Under the pieces are notes generated by a model that saw nothing but the letters and a program-made list of their open reading frames with translations, had not been told where the DNA came from and made no database searches. A program made the position numbers and the translations under genes. From assembly GCA_029262815.1 (NCBI GenBank), contig JAJCYS010000042.1, positions 13,156 to 77,155 of the forward strand: a stretch of 64,000 nt of DNA, written 5' to 3'. Shown here one piece after another: positions 9,000 through 18,524 of the stretch; within the stretch, counting starts at the first letter, position 1, and each line of letters begins with the position of its first letter. The DNA comes from Deltaproteobacteria bacterium. Its GTDB lineage: Bacteria; Bdellovibrionota; JAJCYS01.

Positions 9000-10522
9000 C
9001 GTTCATACTTTACAGAGGCCTGCCCTTTTCTTTGCACAGGATGTCTAAACTCACATCGAAATGCCATTTCTGGCATCCGTTTTAATACCCAAAGTTTAGC
9101 CGCTGAAGATCTAAATAGTTTCAAAATCCTCGAAAAGTACATATGCCGAACAGCGTCTCTTATTTTCAGTACACTTGCCTCATCCGACTGATCATCCAAA
9201 CTGGGGGTTGTCTTTGCAAAGTGAGTAAAAAAATCGAAGTCACCCTTCGAAACAATCACATCAATATAAAAGCTATTCTGATTTAGAAAGGGGATGATTG
9301 TAATACTTCGTCCATTGTCTACACACACAAATTCGGCTAAAAAATGCAGGAGCTCCTGAAAGGACTGAAGCACTGTTTTGACGTTACACCGTATCTCATA
9401 TGTGGCAACTTGCCTAAGCAGCGCTGAGTGTTCAGATAGCATAAAAGAAGTTGGTTTTTTTAGCTGAACAGATAACGTTAATAGTATGTTCTGTAACAGT
9501 TTTGAAAGGGGCTCAACTCGAGTCCCTCTTGAATAGGGGTTCCAAGAAAAAAACTGGGGCAATCCTGACACAAGCCCCTTGAGACGATCGAATGCGTTCA
9601 GACAGCAACTTAAATCTTCGCTAAGCGTCTCAGAAAGCTTTTTTTGTGAAATCCACTCCAGATTCAATCCTATGCTTGAAAGTGGGGATTTAATTTCGTG
9701 AAAAATAGATTGAACGACAATTTGGCTATCTAAATAAAAAGGTAGATCAGAAGATGTACCCAGCCTGACATGCCCCTTTAAAACAAGTAAATATGACACC
9801 CCTTGTATACCATAAGGCAACTTCTTCAAAAACACATGGAATGTACGGCTACCTGATTTAAACACAAATAACTTGGGCTTATACTGGTGTAAAATTTCGG
9901 CCACTGTGACTTTGGCTGGCGGCTCATCAGCACCTTTTGTAAACTCGCCCACTTGTTCCAAATCATATAAAGATCTAGAAAGCAGGACGCCTTTCAAAAG
10001 GTGTGTTGCAGCACCATTTTTTAATAATATTTTACCTACACGGTCAACTACAAAGCAGGGATGCTCATATGTATCCAAAACACCCAGCCACGGCTGGACC
10101 CCTTTTATGGGCAGCTTCAAAGCGTGGGTCCGTTTTATGTGAAACCGAAGATAGTCGTTACGTTTAAATCGTTGCTCCAAAAATCGACCTAAAGCTCGAA
10201 CCCCTCTAGTGGTACCATCCGGCGGAAATTGCAACAGGGTTATCCCAAGGGCGCCTAATTTTTTCATGTTCGGTTTGCCCTGCGATGACGTATACATAAT
10301 CCTGCACCGTGCACCCCTCAACAGAGCGGCTACTGAGGGAAGCGTGTGGAGTGGCGGGAGATCATATAATGATAGAAAAACGACTTCTGGATGTTGTTTT
10401 CGAACTTCATTTATCCGTTTCCAAGGTATGACCTTAATGGTATAACAGTGGAGAAGCTTTTGGACATTAACTGGACTGTGACCAAGCCAAAAAGCTTGAA
10501 AGGGTTGGGTTATGGAGACCAC
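8969..10522 (-). CDS. Degenerate PAS/HisKA histidine-kinase-like protein
   Basis: PAS-like PCFVVDRVGKILLKNGAA; H-box FHEIKSPLSSI; no recognisable N/G1/G2 boxes; start uncertain. Confidence 0.55.
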   Translation of the reverse strand: MVSITQPFQAFWLGHSPVNVQKLLHCYTIKVIPWKRINEVRKQHPEVVFLSLYDLPPLHTLPSVAALLRGARCRIMYTSSQGKPNMKKLGALGITLLQFPPDGTTRGVRALGRFLEQRFKRNDYLRFHIKRTHALKLPIKGVQPWLGVLDTYEHPCFVVDRVGKILLKNGAATHLLKGVLLSRSLYDLEQVGEFTKGADEPPAKVTVAEILHQYKPKLFVFKSGSRTFHVFLKKLPYGIQGVSYLLVLKGHVRLGTSSDLPFYLDSQIVVQSIFHEIKSPLSSIGLNLEWISQKKLSETLSEDLSCCLNAFDRLKGLVSGLPQFFSWNPYSRGTRVEPLSKLLQNILLTLSVQLKKPTSFMLSEHSALLRQVATYEIRCNVKTVLQSFQELLHFLAEFVCVDNGRSITIIPFLNQNSFYIDVIVSKGDFDFFTHFAKTTPSLDDQSDEASVLKIRDAVRHMYFSRILKLFRSSAAKLWVLKRMPEMAFRCEFRHPVQRKGQASVKYERQTYTSNSSK

Positions 10523-11339
10523 TATAGATATAGTTTATCAAACCAGCCATCATAAAGTCAGTGAACTCCCACATGAATATGGGGATCGAGTTCACATTCT
10601 TGGGAACCCAACCCTAATTCATCTTCTGAATACCTTCTCCAGTACACAGTTGACGCATCCCTTCATTATTACTTCATACGTAAAACGTATTTATCAAATT
10701 ATTCTCTATGAATCACTCCCTGTTATTTGCTCATTAACGTCGAGCACATATCAATCTAGAATGGTGGAATATACGCCTAAAGGACAATTTGAGAGCATTG
10801 GGTTTGACCCTGCCTCTCAATTTGTGTGCACATCGCTAGCTCGCGCTGGCATCATTCCCTCACAAACCTGTTATGAAGATCTACTCACTATTGTGGGCCC
10901 TAGCAGCACACGGCAAGATTATTTTTCCTGTGAACGGGCTATCAACGGTAATGGCGAAGTAGAGGGGACAACTTTATCAAGCGCCAAAGTAGGTGGGGAT
11001 ATCCAAGATCGTGTCATTATTATTCCCGATCCAATGGGTGCCACAGGTAGCACCATTGAAACCGTGCTTTCTTTCTATGACACCCAAGTTGAAGGAACAC
11101 CCCGCCATATAGCAGCACTATTCATGATTATCGCACCTGAGTGTATTCACAGACTGACTCAAAAATTTCCAAATTTAACCATTGTCGCCGGCCGTCTTGA
11201 CAGAGGACTTAGTGAACCAGCAATCCTTAATAGCACCTTAGGCGCTTACCCTGAAGGAGAAAAAGGCCTCACTGAGAAATCTTATATCGTACCTGGCGCA
11301 GGTGGGGTTGGCGAGATCATCAACAACACCACCTGTTAA
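10512..11339 (+). CDS. upp: Uracil phosphoribosyltransferase (divergent type)
   Basis: LARAG, PRPP loop IIPDPMGATGST, RLDRGL, C-terminal YIVPGAGGVGE. Confidence 0.85.
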   Translation: METTIDIVYQTSHHKVSELPHEYGDRVHILGNPTLIHLLNTFSSTQLTHPFIITSYVKRIYQIILYESLPVICSLTSSTYQSRMVEYTPKGQFESIGFDPASQFVCTSLARAGIIPSQTCYEDLLTIVGPSSTRQDYFSCERAINGNGEVEGTTLSSAKVGGDIQDRVIIIPDPMGATGSTIETVLSFYDTQVEGTPRHIAALFMIIAPECIHRLTQKFPNLTIVAGRLDRGLSEPAILNSTLGAYPEGEKGLTEKSYIVPGAGGVGEIINNTTC

Positions 11340-11384
11340 AACACATACTTATTGTCTCTTAACCTGCACCTGGCTTCATGATTC

Positions 11385-11640
11385 CCCACGAATTATTCCA
11401 CTATGTATTTTTTATAGAAAAATATTTTAATAAAAAAGCATAATCTTCTAAAAAAACGAGAAAAATGGGAAAAAAACGAGATCGTGATTCTTCCACAGTC
11501 AGGGGATAAATCAACAAATGAGCCTTCTAGTACGTAACTTTTGTCCCCAAAAACCAACAACCCACCCATGAATAAGGGTTCTCATCGAAAAGCACAAAAA
11601 AAATGAATAATATTAATATCTTCAAAGGCTTTTACACATC
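11385..11640. promoter_or_regulatory. AT-rich upstream region of second dnaA with DnaA-box-like sites
   Basis: TATTCCACT 11394, TCTTCCACA 11489 facing AGGGGATAA 11501, TTGTCCCCA 11541, TTTTACACA 11630; AT-rich tract about 11406-11456; AAAAAAACGAGA repeated at 11450 and 11470. Confidence 0.5.
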
Positions 11641-11672
11641 AAAGGCAAATCATCAGCTCAAAGGAATGAGGA

Positions 11673-13208
11673 TTGAAGAAAACGCTGCGTTTTTCTTCAA
11701 TAGAACTCATGCTTAACGAAGCGATAAATGTTGACCTTGCTCGTATGGTGACTGAAGCAGTCCAGCTGAAGCTATCCCCGCTTGCTTATAAGAATTGGAT
11801 TTCCCCCCTCACGTTTGAAGTTGATTCTGACGGTGTTTTTTGTGTCAAAGTGCCCAATGCCTTTCACATGGAGAACGTCAAACGTCGTTATCTTCACGTG
11901 ATTGAAACTGCTCTTAGAGAAGGGGATCCTCTTGCACCTGAACGGCCTATAAAGGTGTTTGTGTGCTCTGATGTTACCAAATTGGCCCAGGAACCAAAAG
12001 AAAGCAAAAAACCTGCTCCTGAAGCTCCTCAGCCGTCTTGTTCGAATTCAACTAACATTCCACATTTACCCGATTTGAAACTCCACAAGGCAGCGCCGGC
12101 CCATTGCGCATCAAACGACATGCTCATTCGTGTAATGGAGGATTTTTCCAAAAACAGAGATAATTACGATTTCGTATATGTTTACGGTGGCCTCGGAGCA
12201 GGAAAAACCGCCTGCTTAAAACACTTTTATCAACACCTCAAACAAACCCAAAAAGTACGAGCCACATATATTACGATTGATGAGTTTACCTCAAACCTTG
12301 TATATGCCATCCAACAACACAAAGTATCCGATTTTAGAAATAAATTTAAAGACAATCATGAGGTCATTTTTATTGATGATTTTCATATGATTGCCAATCG
12401 ATCGAAAACCCAAGAGGAGCTCGCGCACTTGCTCCAAAGCTGGAAAAATAAACAAATTAAATGCATCCTTGTTTCACAACTTCCCCTAAACGATGTGGTT
12501 TGCAATGAGCACCTTAAATCACGTCTTGAATCGGGTTTATGCGTGCCTGTGAGAGCTCCAGATTTCCAATACTTAGAGCATGTCGCTCAACAAGAGATGC
12601 CGACATTAGACGCTGAACTACGCCATGTCCTTTTGTCTCATTCACGCGGAGCAATACAATCTCTTCACACGTTTAAAGGTATTTTGAATCGCATGCGCGT
12701 CGAAATTAGTTTGTGTGGCAAAACATTGACCGAAAAAGATATTGTTGCGATCATCCACGAAATTGTACCTAGCCAATTTTCAAAGGAAGAAAAAACAACG
12801 ACCCCTGCTGAAATCATTCATTTGATTTGTCAGTATTACCATATCGAACCAGAAGCTATTTCAAGCAAGAGCAGAAAAAAAGCATTAAACGAAGCGCGTA
12901 AACTGTGTATTTATTTACTCCGAAAACGCACCTCCTTAAGTTTAGCTGACATTGGTGACTTAGTCGGCAGAGATCATACAACTGTCCTTCATGCGCTTCA
13001 AAAAACACAAGACATGCTTGCACATAACTGTGTGATGACTCGACATTTAAGATTTTTCGATGAAAAACTTGTATCTGGAAACGGTCCTTCCTTCCCTCAA
13101 GCTAATAAAGAAAGTATTATTGGTTTGAATGTGGAGCAGTCATCTTCGAGCATCGCACTTCCATCCACAGCACCTAAACCATCAAGAAATGAAATCGTGC
13201 TCCACTAA
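11673..13208 (+). CDS. dnaA: Second DnaA-family replication initiator paralogue (domains I-IV)
   Basis: Domain I YKNWISPL..VPNAF; Walker A GGLGAGKT; Walker B IFIDD; TQEEL; SRLESGL; domain IV GRDHTTVLHA. Confidence 0.9.
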   Translation: MKKTLRFSSIELMLNEAINVDLARMVTEAVQLKLSPLAYKNWISPLTFEVDSDGVFCVKVPNAFHMENVKRRYLHVIETALREGDPLAPERPIKVFVCSDVTKLAQEPKESKKPAPEAPQPSCSNSTNIPHLPDLKLHKAAPAHCASNDMLIRVMEDFSKNRDNYDFVYVYGGLGAGKTACLKHFYQHLKQTQKVRATYITIDEFTSNLVYAIQQHKVSDFRNKFKDNHEVIFIDDFHMIANRSKTQEELAHLLQSWKNKQIKCILVSQLPLNDVVCNEHLKSRLESGLCVPVRAPDFQYLEHVAQQEMPTLDAELRHVLLSHSRGAIQSLHTFKGILNRMRVEISLCGKTLTEKDIVAIIHEIVPSQFSKEEKTTTPAEIIHLICQYYHIEPEAISSKSRKKALNEARKLCIYLLRKRTSLSLADIGDLVGRDHTTVLHALQKTQDMLAHNCVMTRHLRFFDEKLVSGNGPSFPQANKESIIGLNVEQSSSSIALPSTAPKPSRNEIVLH

Positions 13209-13214
13209 ATAACT

Positions 13215-13237
13215 TGTCATCCCTGCTGCAGCCTCCA
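13215..13237. repeat. Degenerate REP-like remnant
   Basis: ttgtcatccctgc matches the start of the unit at 104-129. Confidence 0.35.
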
Positions 13238-13341
13238 CTAGGGTATACTCCGACAGAAATATACGACGTCAACTCGTGCGTAAAACACCTTAAGTTCGTA
13301 TAAATTAAACCCGAAGAGCCGCTATATAAGAGAGGTTATGA

Positions 13342-14709
13342 ATGGCAAAATATTTTTTGATCGGTTCGATTTGTTTTTTTTCATTCAATACATTCGCTGG
13401 TCAAAATAAAAAGATTCAGTCAGAAACTAAATTCAAAATTGTTGCAGGATATAGCCACGCTTGTCTACTTCGTGAAGGCAGTGTTACATGCTGGGGTAAC
13501 AATGCAAGTGGACAATTGGGAGTAGGTAATCAGATCGGAATCTCGTTCACCCCAGTCATTATTCCTGAACTCACCAGCAACGTTATTGATATTGCTTCTG
13601 GCATCGCACACACATGTGCATTAAAGAAGAGTGGGACTGTTTTATGCTGGGGTTTGAATCGAACTGGGGAGGTTGGCATTGGCACTAAAGGAAAAATAGT
13701 TAATGGTGAATATATATCCAATAGTGTATACACCCCAGCCTTTGTACAATTACCTGAACCCGTCAAAGTAATTTATGCTGGAGGGTATCAATCATGTGCT
13801 GTTGCTCAAAATAACTCTGTGTATTGTTGGGGTGGATTGAGAATTAAAAGTGGTAGAAATGACCCACTAAGTGAGGACGATAGCCGAACAACGCCCACTT
13901 TTCTACTAAAAGCAGCTGATAAAAATACTATCTCAATCGCATTAGGCTTGGGTCATATGTGTATCAATGATTCTGGACGTGTTTCTTGTATGGGGCATAA
14001 CCTTTATGGTGCAATGGGGGATAATGAGAAGTATCATCCGCACACAGAAAAAACACTTGCAAAACGAATGATGGAATTAACTAAAAAGAAAAATCCTACA
14101 GCCCTGCAAAAGGGCGCTATTGAAAGATTCGAAGCAAGAATAATAAAGAGAGTGCGTGAAAGTTTATCGTTTCAGCCTAATCATGTTGAGGGCAAAAATC
14201 GAGTCACAAAATTTGCCTCATCCCTTTTTGGGATGTGTTCAGTTTCAGGTATTAACAACGGATTATCCTGTTGGGGGGTGCGCTTATTTCCAGGCAAAGC
14301 CAAATACCCAGACGTTAGAGGTTTTAGCAACCGTAGTTATGATGTCAGCCCCACCGCTATCAGATTCAAAGATGGTCGGCGATTTGATCAAATTATTGAT
14401 CTAGATATGTTTTTTCACGGATGTGCAATTCGTAAAGATGGCTCGGTCTGGTGTTTTGGGCAAAATAATTCAGGTGAACTGGGGTTTTCGGCTTCTGATG
14501 ATAGATTAAGAAAGTTTTCACCGACCAAAGTCGAAGGACTGCCAGGTCCGTCTATCGATATTGCAACTGGAGGCGGATTTTCATGTGCCATCATCGATCG
14601 AGAACATGTCCCCGTTTATTGTTGGGGAGCCAATCATTCAGGGACTCTAGGCCATGGGAAATCTATTTCCCAGTCATCTAAACCTTTGGAAGTAAAAGGC
14701 CCCTGGTAA
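13342..14709 (+). CDS. Secreted RCC1-repeat beta-propeller protein
   Basis: Signal peptide; repeated H(T/A)C…V.CWG.N..G.LG units (about 7). Confidence 0.9.
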   Translation: MAKYFLIGSICFFSFNTFAGQNKKIQSETKFKIVAGYSHACLLREGSVTCWGNNASGQLGVGNQIGISFTPVIIPELTSNVIDIASGIAHTCALKKSGTVLCWGLNRTGEVGIGTKGKIVNGEYISNSVYTPAFVQLPEPVKVIYAGGYQSCAVAQNNSVYCWGGLRIKSGRNDPLSEDDSRTTPTFLLKAADKNTISIALGLGHMCINDSGRVSCMGHNLYGAMGDNEKYHPHTEKTLAKRMMELTKKKNPTALQKGAIERFEARIIKRVRESLSFQPNHVEGKNRVTKFASSLFGMCSVSGINNGLSCWGVRLFPGKAKYPDVRGFSNRSYDVSPTAIRFKDGRRFDQIIDLDMFFHGCAIRKDGSVWCFGQNNSGELGFSASDDRLRKFSPTKVEGLPGPSIDIATGGGFSCAIIDREHVPVYCWGANHSGTLGHGKSISQSSKPLEVKGPW

Positions 14710-14728
14710 AACTACAAGATACTCAAAT

Positions 14729-16936
14729 TTATCTGATATGAAGCATCTCGTATATTTTGGGTAAATCCCAGTGAGCATATCCGACAAAATTTTCCACATC
14801 AGTAATCAAAGACTCAACTTTGTATTGAAGTGCTAATCCGGTGTTCTGAAGCCATTTCATTTGATCATCAATTGATTTTTTTTCCAATTGGTCTATGTGG
14901 CGCTCTAGTACCCTTACTTGTTTAACAAGAGTCTCGATGGCGGCAGATAGTTTTTTGCCTTCTTGCTTCAACGCAACACCTTGTTGTTTCCCTGAAATAG
15001 ATTGCATAGCGACAAGCGTTTGATAGTGATTTTTGAGCTGTGCTTCGGCTGAAGGGAGCACATGTTGCAACACCAAATCAACAAGCGTTCTACACTCTAT
15101 GGTATAGAGCATGACATATCGTTCACAACGCACATTGTACCGTGATAGCAACTCTTCTGGATGAAGCACGCTATGACTCTCGAACAACGCAATAGATGAT
15201 TTTTTCTTTAGTTCCGAAAAAGCCTCTAAAGAAGTTCGGTAATTGGGCAATTTTCGACGTTTTGCTTCTTTTGACCAAGAATCAGCGTAATTATTACCGT
15301 CAAAAATAACATTTTCGGTCTCTTTCAAACTAGACTGCAACACACTCATAACGGCTGTTTCTTTGTTTTTAAATTTTTTGTAAGCACTTTTTAATTCTCT
15401 TGAGAATTGGCTAATCCCCTCAGCTACAACCGTATTAATCACCGTCACAGGAAATGAAATAGAAGAGGCTGATCCAACCGCACGATACTCAAACTTATTG
15501 CCTGTAAACGCAAAGGGAGAGGTTCTATTTCGATCTGTATCGTCTTTCTCAATATGGGGCACACTTTTTAAACCCAGTGCCATAATTTCTTTAGCGCGAG
15601 TTTTCACATTTTGTTTTCGATCTTTTATTTGACGCACGATTTCCGAAATAGCATCCCCCAGAAATACTGAAATAATGGCCGGAGGCGCTTCATTACCCCC
15701 CAACCGTTTATCGTTCCCAAGACTTCCAATCGAAGCACGAATCAAACCCCCGTACTGATGAATCCCCTTTAACACGCTTGATAAGAAGCACAAAAATCTA
15801 AGCAGATCTTTAGGGTTTTTGCCTGGGGACAATAAGTTTAAGCCTTCATCGGTTCGAATTGACCAATTGACATGTTTGCCACTTCCATTTATCCCATCAA
15901 ACGGCTTCTCATGTAAGAGCAACTTAAAATCATGGCGTTCAGCCACATGAGACATTAACACCATGACCATTTGGTTGTGGTCCGCTGCTATATTGGCGTC
16001 TTGGTGTTGGACGGCTACCTCAAACTGGGAGGGTGCGACCTCGTTGTGGCGTGTCTTTGCAACCACACCAATCTTATACAACTCGTATTCGAATTCCTGC
16101 ATAAAAGCTTGAACTCTAGTTGGAATGTTCCCAAAGTAATGGTCATCCAAATATTGGCCACGAGTTGAAGGGGCCCCCCCTAACATTCGCCCAGTGAGTA
16201 CTAAATCAGGCCTTCTGTAAAAAAAAGTTTTATCGACGAGAAAATACTCTTGTTCTGGTCCTGCAACAGGTACAGCCGCCTGAGTCCGAATTGGGTCAGG
16301 TAATAATTGAAGAAGCTCTTTAGTCGCTAGATCAATAGCCTTCATCGATCGTAATAAAGGGGTTTTCTTATCTAACGCTTCACCTGTATAGCTAATAAAT
16401 ACAGACGGTATACATAGGGTTTTCCCATTTTCCGTATCTTTGATAAACATGGGACTTGTGGGATCCCACGCTGTATATCCTCTCGCTTCGAACGTAGATC
16501 TTCTACCCCCACTTGGAAAACTCGAGGCATCAGGTTCTCCTCTGATTAATTCGCTTCTTGTGAAATTTTCAAACGCAACGCCCTCATCGTCAGCCAAAAA
16601 AATAGCATCATGCTTTTCAGCTGTTGAGCCCGTTTGAGGTTGAAACCAGTGACAATAATGAGTCACCCCTTTTTCAACAGCCCAACGTTTGACCGCTTCA
16701 GCTATCTCACCAGCAATTTCTGCTGACACGTTGGCACCTGATTTTAGACTCTTTGAAAAAGTATTATAGGTAGGTGTAGGTAGTGCTTTTTTTAATTCTT
16801 GAATGCCAAATCGATTACACCCAAATATTTTTTGAATCGAGATCGTATTTCCATGCCCGTTGTTCGTCGTTCCATGAAAACATCTCACCTTACGAGTCAG
16901 AACCTCTCCCAACATCTGGTTCTTTTGAAGACCCAT
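14729..16936 (-). CDS. glnN: Glutamine synthetase type III
   Basis: THYCHWFQP, AEKHD, GEPDASSFPSGG, HNEVAPSQFE, HEKPFDGINGSGKH, DRNRTSPFAFTGNKFE. Confidence 0.95.
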   Translation of the reverse strand: MGLQKNQMLGEVLTRKVRCFHGTTNNGHGNTISIQKIFGCNRFGIQELKKALPTPTYNTFSKSLKSGANVSAEIAGEIAEAVKRWAVEKGVTHYCHWFQPQTGSTAEKHDAIFLADDEGVAFENFTRSELIRGEPDASSFPSGGRRSTFEARGYTAWDPTSPMFIKDTENGKTLCIPSVFISYTGEALDKKTPLLRSMKAIDLATKELLQLLPDPIRTQAAVPVAGPEQEYFLVDKTFFYRRPDLVLTGRMLGGAPSTRGQYLDDHYFGNIPTRVQAFMQEFEYELYKIGVVAKTRHNEVAPSQFEVAVQHQDANIAADHNQMVMVLMSHVAERHDFKLLLHEKPFDGINGSGKHVNWSIRTDEGLNLLSPGKNPKDLLRFLCFLSSVLKGIHQYGGLIRASIGSLGNDKRLGGNEAPPAIISVFLGDAISEIVRQIKDRKQNVKTRAKEIMALGLKSVPHIEKDDTDRNRTSPFAFTGNKFEYRAVGSASSISFPVTVINTVVAEGISQFSRELKSAYKKFKNKETAVMSVLQSSLKETENVIFDGNNYADSWSKEAKRRKLPNYRTSLEAFSELKKKSSIALFESHSVLHPEELLSRYNVRCERYVMLYTIECRTLVDLVLQHVLPSAEAQLKNHYQTLVAMQSISGKQQGVALKQEGKKLSAAIETLVKQVRVLERHIDQLEKKSIDDQMKWLQNTGLALQYKVESLITDVENFVGYAHWDLPKIYEMLHIR

Positions 16937-17001
16937 AACTTCCCCCTTTATTCATTAGTTACATACAATGGCAAAACCCAACACCCTAACTATTATATAC
17001 C

Positions 17002-17895
17002 TTAAGGGCACTGTAGCTCACGGCCTAAATAAATCAACAGAAAAGCCCACAACTCCCGCTGTTTTGAGCTGGGGTAAAAATGCTTCAAAAAATGATCCAC
17101 GGTGGCCACTCGGTCAAACACTTTCCCTTTATGAGCCCTGGGCTGATCGAGTGCAAACTTATGTAGTAACCCTAAAAGGGGGTACCAATCACTGTCATGC
17201 TTCAAAACATTTTGAGCCATTTGGAATAGCTTTTCAGGATTATCTCGACCTTGATTCATACGTTTTGCAAGTGCAAATATATCTTGGGGCAAATAAGCGC
17301 GTGTTGTGGAATCTTTCCCTTGGCCATCACTTGCCCATGCGTATAAGCATGCATAGGTGGCTCGTGTGACATCTCCCTCAAACGCTTTGATATAGAAAAT
17401 AAAGGCATCTGGGGACGTTTCGGCTAAAGCAGGGTAAAGATCCCAAATCGCCTTAAATAACGTGATGACCTCAGCGGCTTGATCTAACCTTGGCTCGGAA
17501 ATCCAGATCATTTCAACAGGCATCTTTTTCTTCTGAGCTTGTGTAGGACTGAAGTCTCCTACGATAAAGAGTGGAGCCTCAGATTTATGCCCTTTACATT
17601 CAGTCAAAAAATCAAAAAAAGCCTTGCCAGAGTTCCCTTTACAGTCATCTTTTTGCAAAAAAACAGCATGGGCATCCAACTGCTGGAACAGCCCTCTTTG
17701 CAACAGTGCGCCTTGAATAGCAGAAAAAGGCGCTTTGTCTCGGTCAACCATATGAACCGTAAGTTCTCCATGGCTTGATTTGAGATCTTGACGTATTTTT
17801 CGATAAAAAAGCTGTCTCAACACAAAGTTTGGGCTAAAAAAACCAACAATGGGTGCTTTGGGTAAGGGGGAGTCTAAAAACCGCTGAAGCGCCAT
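17002..17895 (-). CDS. holA: Probable divergent DNA polymerase III delta subunit
   Basis: Follows lptE-like gene (conserved lptE-holA order); about 300 aa with LLQRGLF resembling the delta xxxSLF motif; weak similarity only. Confidence 0.5.
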   Translation of the reverse strand: MALQRFLDSPLPKAPIVGFFSPNFVLRQLFYRKIRQDLKSSHGELTVHMVDRDKAPFSAIQGALLQRGLFQQLDAHAVFLQKDDCKGNSGKAFFDFLTECKGHKSEAPLFIVGDFSPTQAQKKKMPVEMIWISEPRLDQAAEVITLFKAIWDLYPALAETSPDAFIFYIKAFEGDVTRATYACLYAWASDGQGKDSTTRAYLPQDIFALAKRMNQGRDNPEKLFQMAQNVLKHDSDWYPLLGLLHKFALDQPRAHKGKVFDRVATVDHFLKHFYPSSKQRELWAFLLIYLGRELQCP

Positions 17896-17936
17896 ATGAC
17901 CTCATTCTAACCTGGGCTTGAGCCCTTTAAGAACCT

Positions 17937-18500
17937 TTAAAATGGAGATGTTATCACATTAAAAACAGTTTGCGCCAGATGCCTAGAAACAACCTCCATC
18001 TTGTCCTCAAGCCTTAAGATGTTTAACAGTTCATTTCGACTGGCCCCCACACGATCCGAATCTAGGACGCTAGCAGTGAAGCTTTCTGTATGGACATGTT
18101 CACTTCTGTGAAATATGCCTTCAGTTGGATGGGTCAGGGTGACAACAATGTATAGTGTAACCGTGTATTGAGACGCTAGAAGTTTGTCCTTATTAACCTT
18201 TAAGGACTGGCCCTGCCCGATTAAAAACCCGGTTGATTTAACTTCGAAGTGAGTGATTTGAACACCTAAATGGCCTTTTTTTTCGGTCGTTTCTCTATGA
18301 CTTGGCGGAAGATAGTCTATGAGTACGGACTCTAGATGTCTTCTAACTGTGTCTTCAAACCCAATAATATTCGTTCCATTTTGAACTTGAACACTCTGAA
18401 TCGTTGTTAAATTGTAACGGAGTAACGGAATAGGGCGAACAAGAGTATATGTACACCCTTGTTCAATAAAAGTTATTAGTAAAAATAAACAAACAAACAT
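17937..18500 (-). CDS. lptE: LptE-like LPS assembly lipoprotein
   Basis: Lipoprotein signal MFVCLFLLITFIEQG-C-TY (GCGY-like); V.N.T motif; C-terminal helix; precedes holA-like gene; start moved to 18500. Confidence 0.6.
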   Translation of the reverse strand: MFVCLFLLITFIEQGCTYTLVRPIPLLRYNLTTIQSVQVQNGTNIIGFEDTVRRHLESVLIDYLPPSHRETTEKKGHLGVQITHFEVKSTGFLIGQGQSLKVNKDKLLASQYTVTLYIVVTLTHPTEGIFHRSEHVHTESFTASVLDSDRVGASRNELLNILRLEDKMEVVSRHLAQTVFNVITSPF

Positions 18501-18524
18501 AGAATACGAGGCAAGGGATGAACT

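Noticed and set aside
11340..11672. Main chromosomal origin at dnaA2
   Set aside because: Plus strand looks C/A-rich on both sides; apparent skew change, dnaN/rpmH and parS all point to about 28.7 kb (skew judged by eye only)
16968..17369. 133-aa plus-strand ORF and the many other short ORFs antisense or nested in recognised genes
   Set aside because: Shadow ORFs of well-supported genes with no motifs
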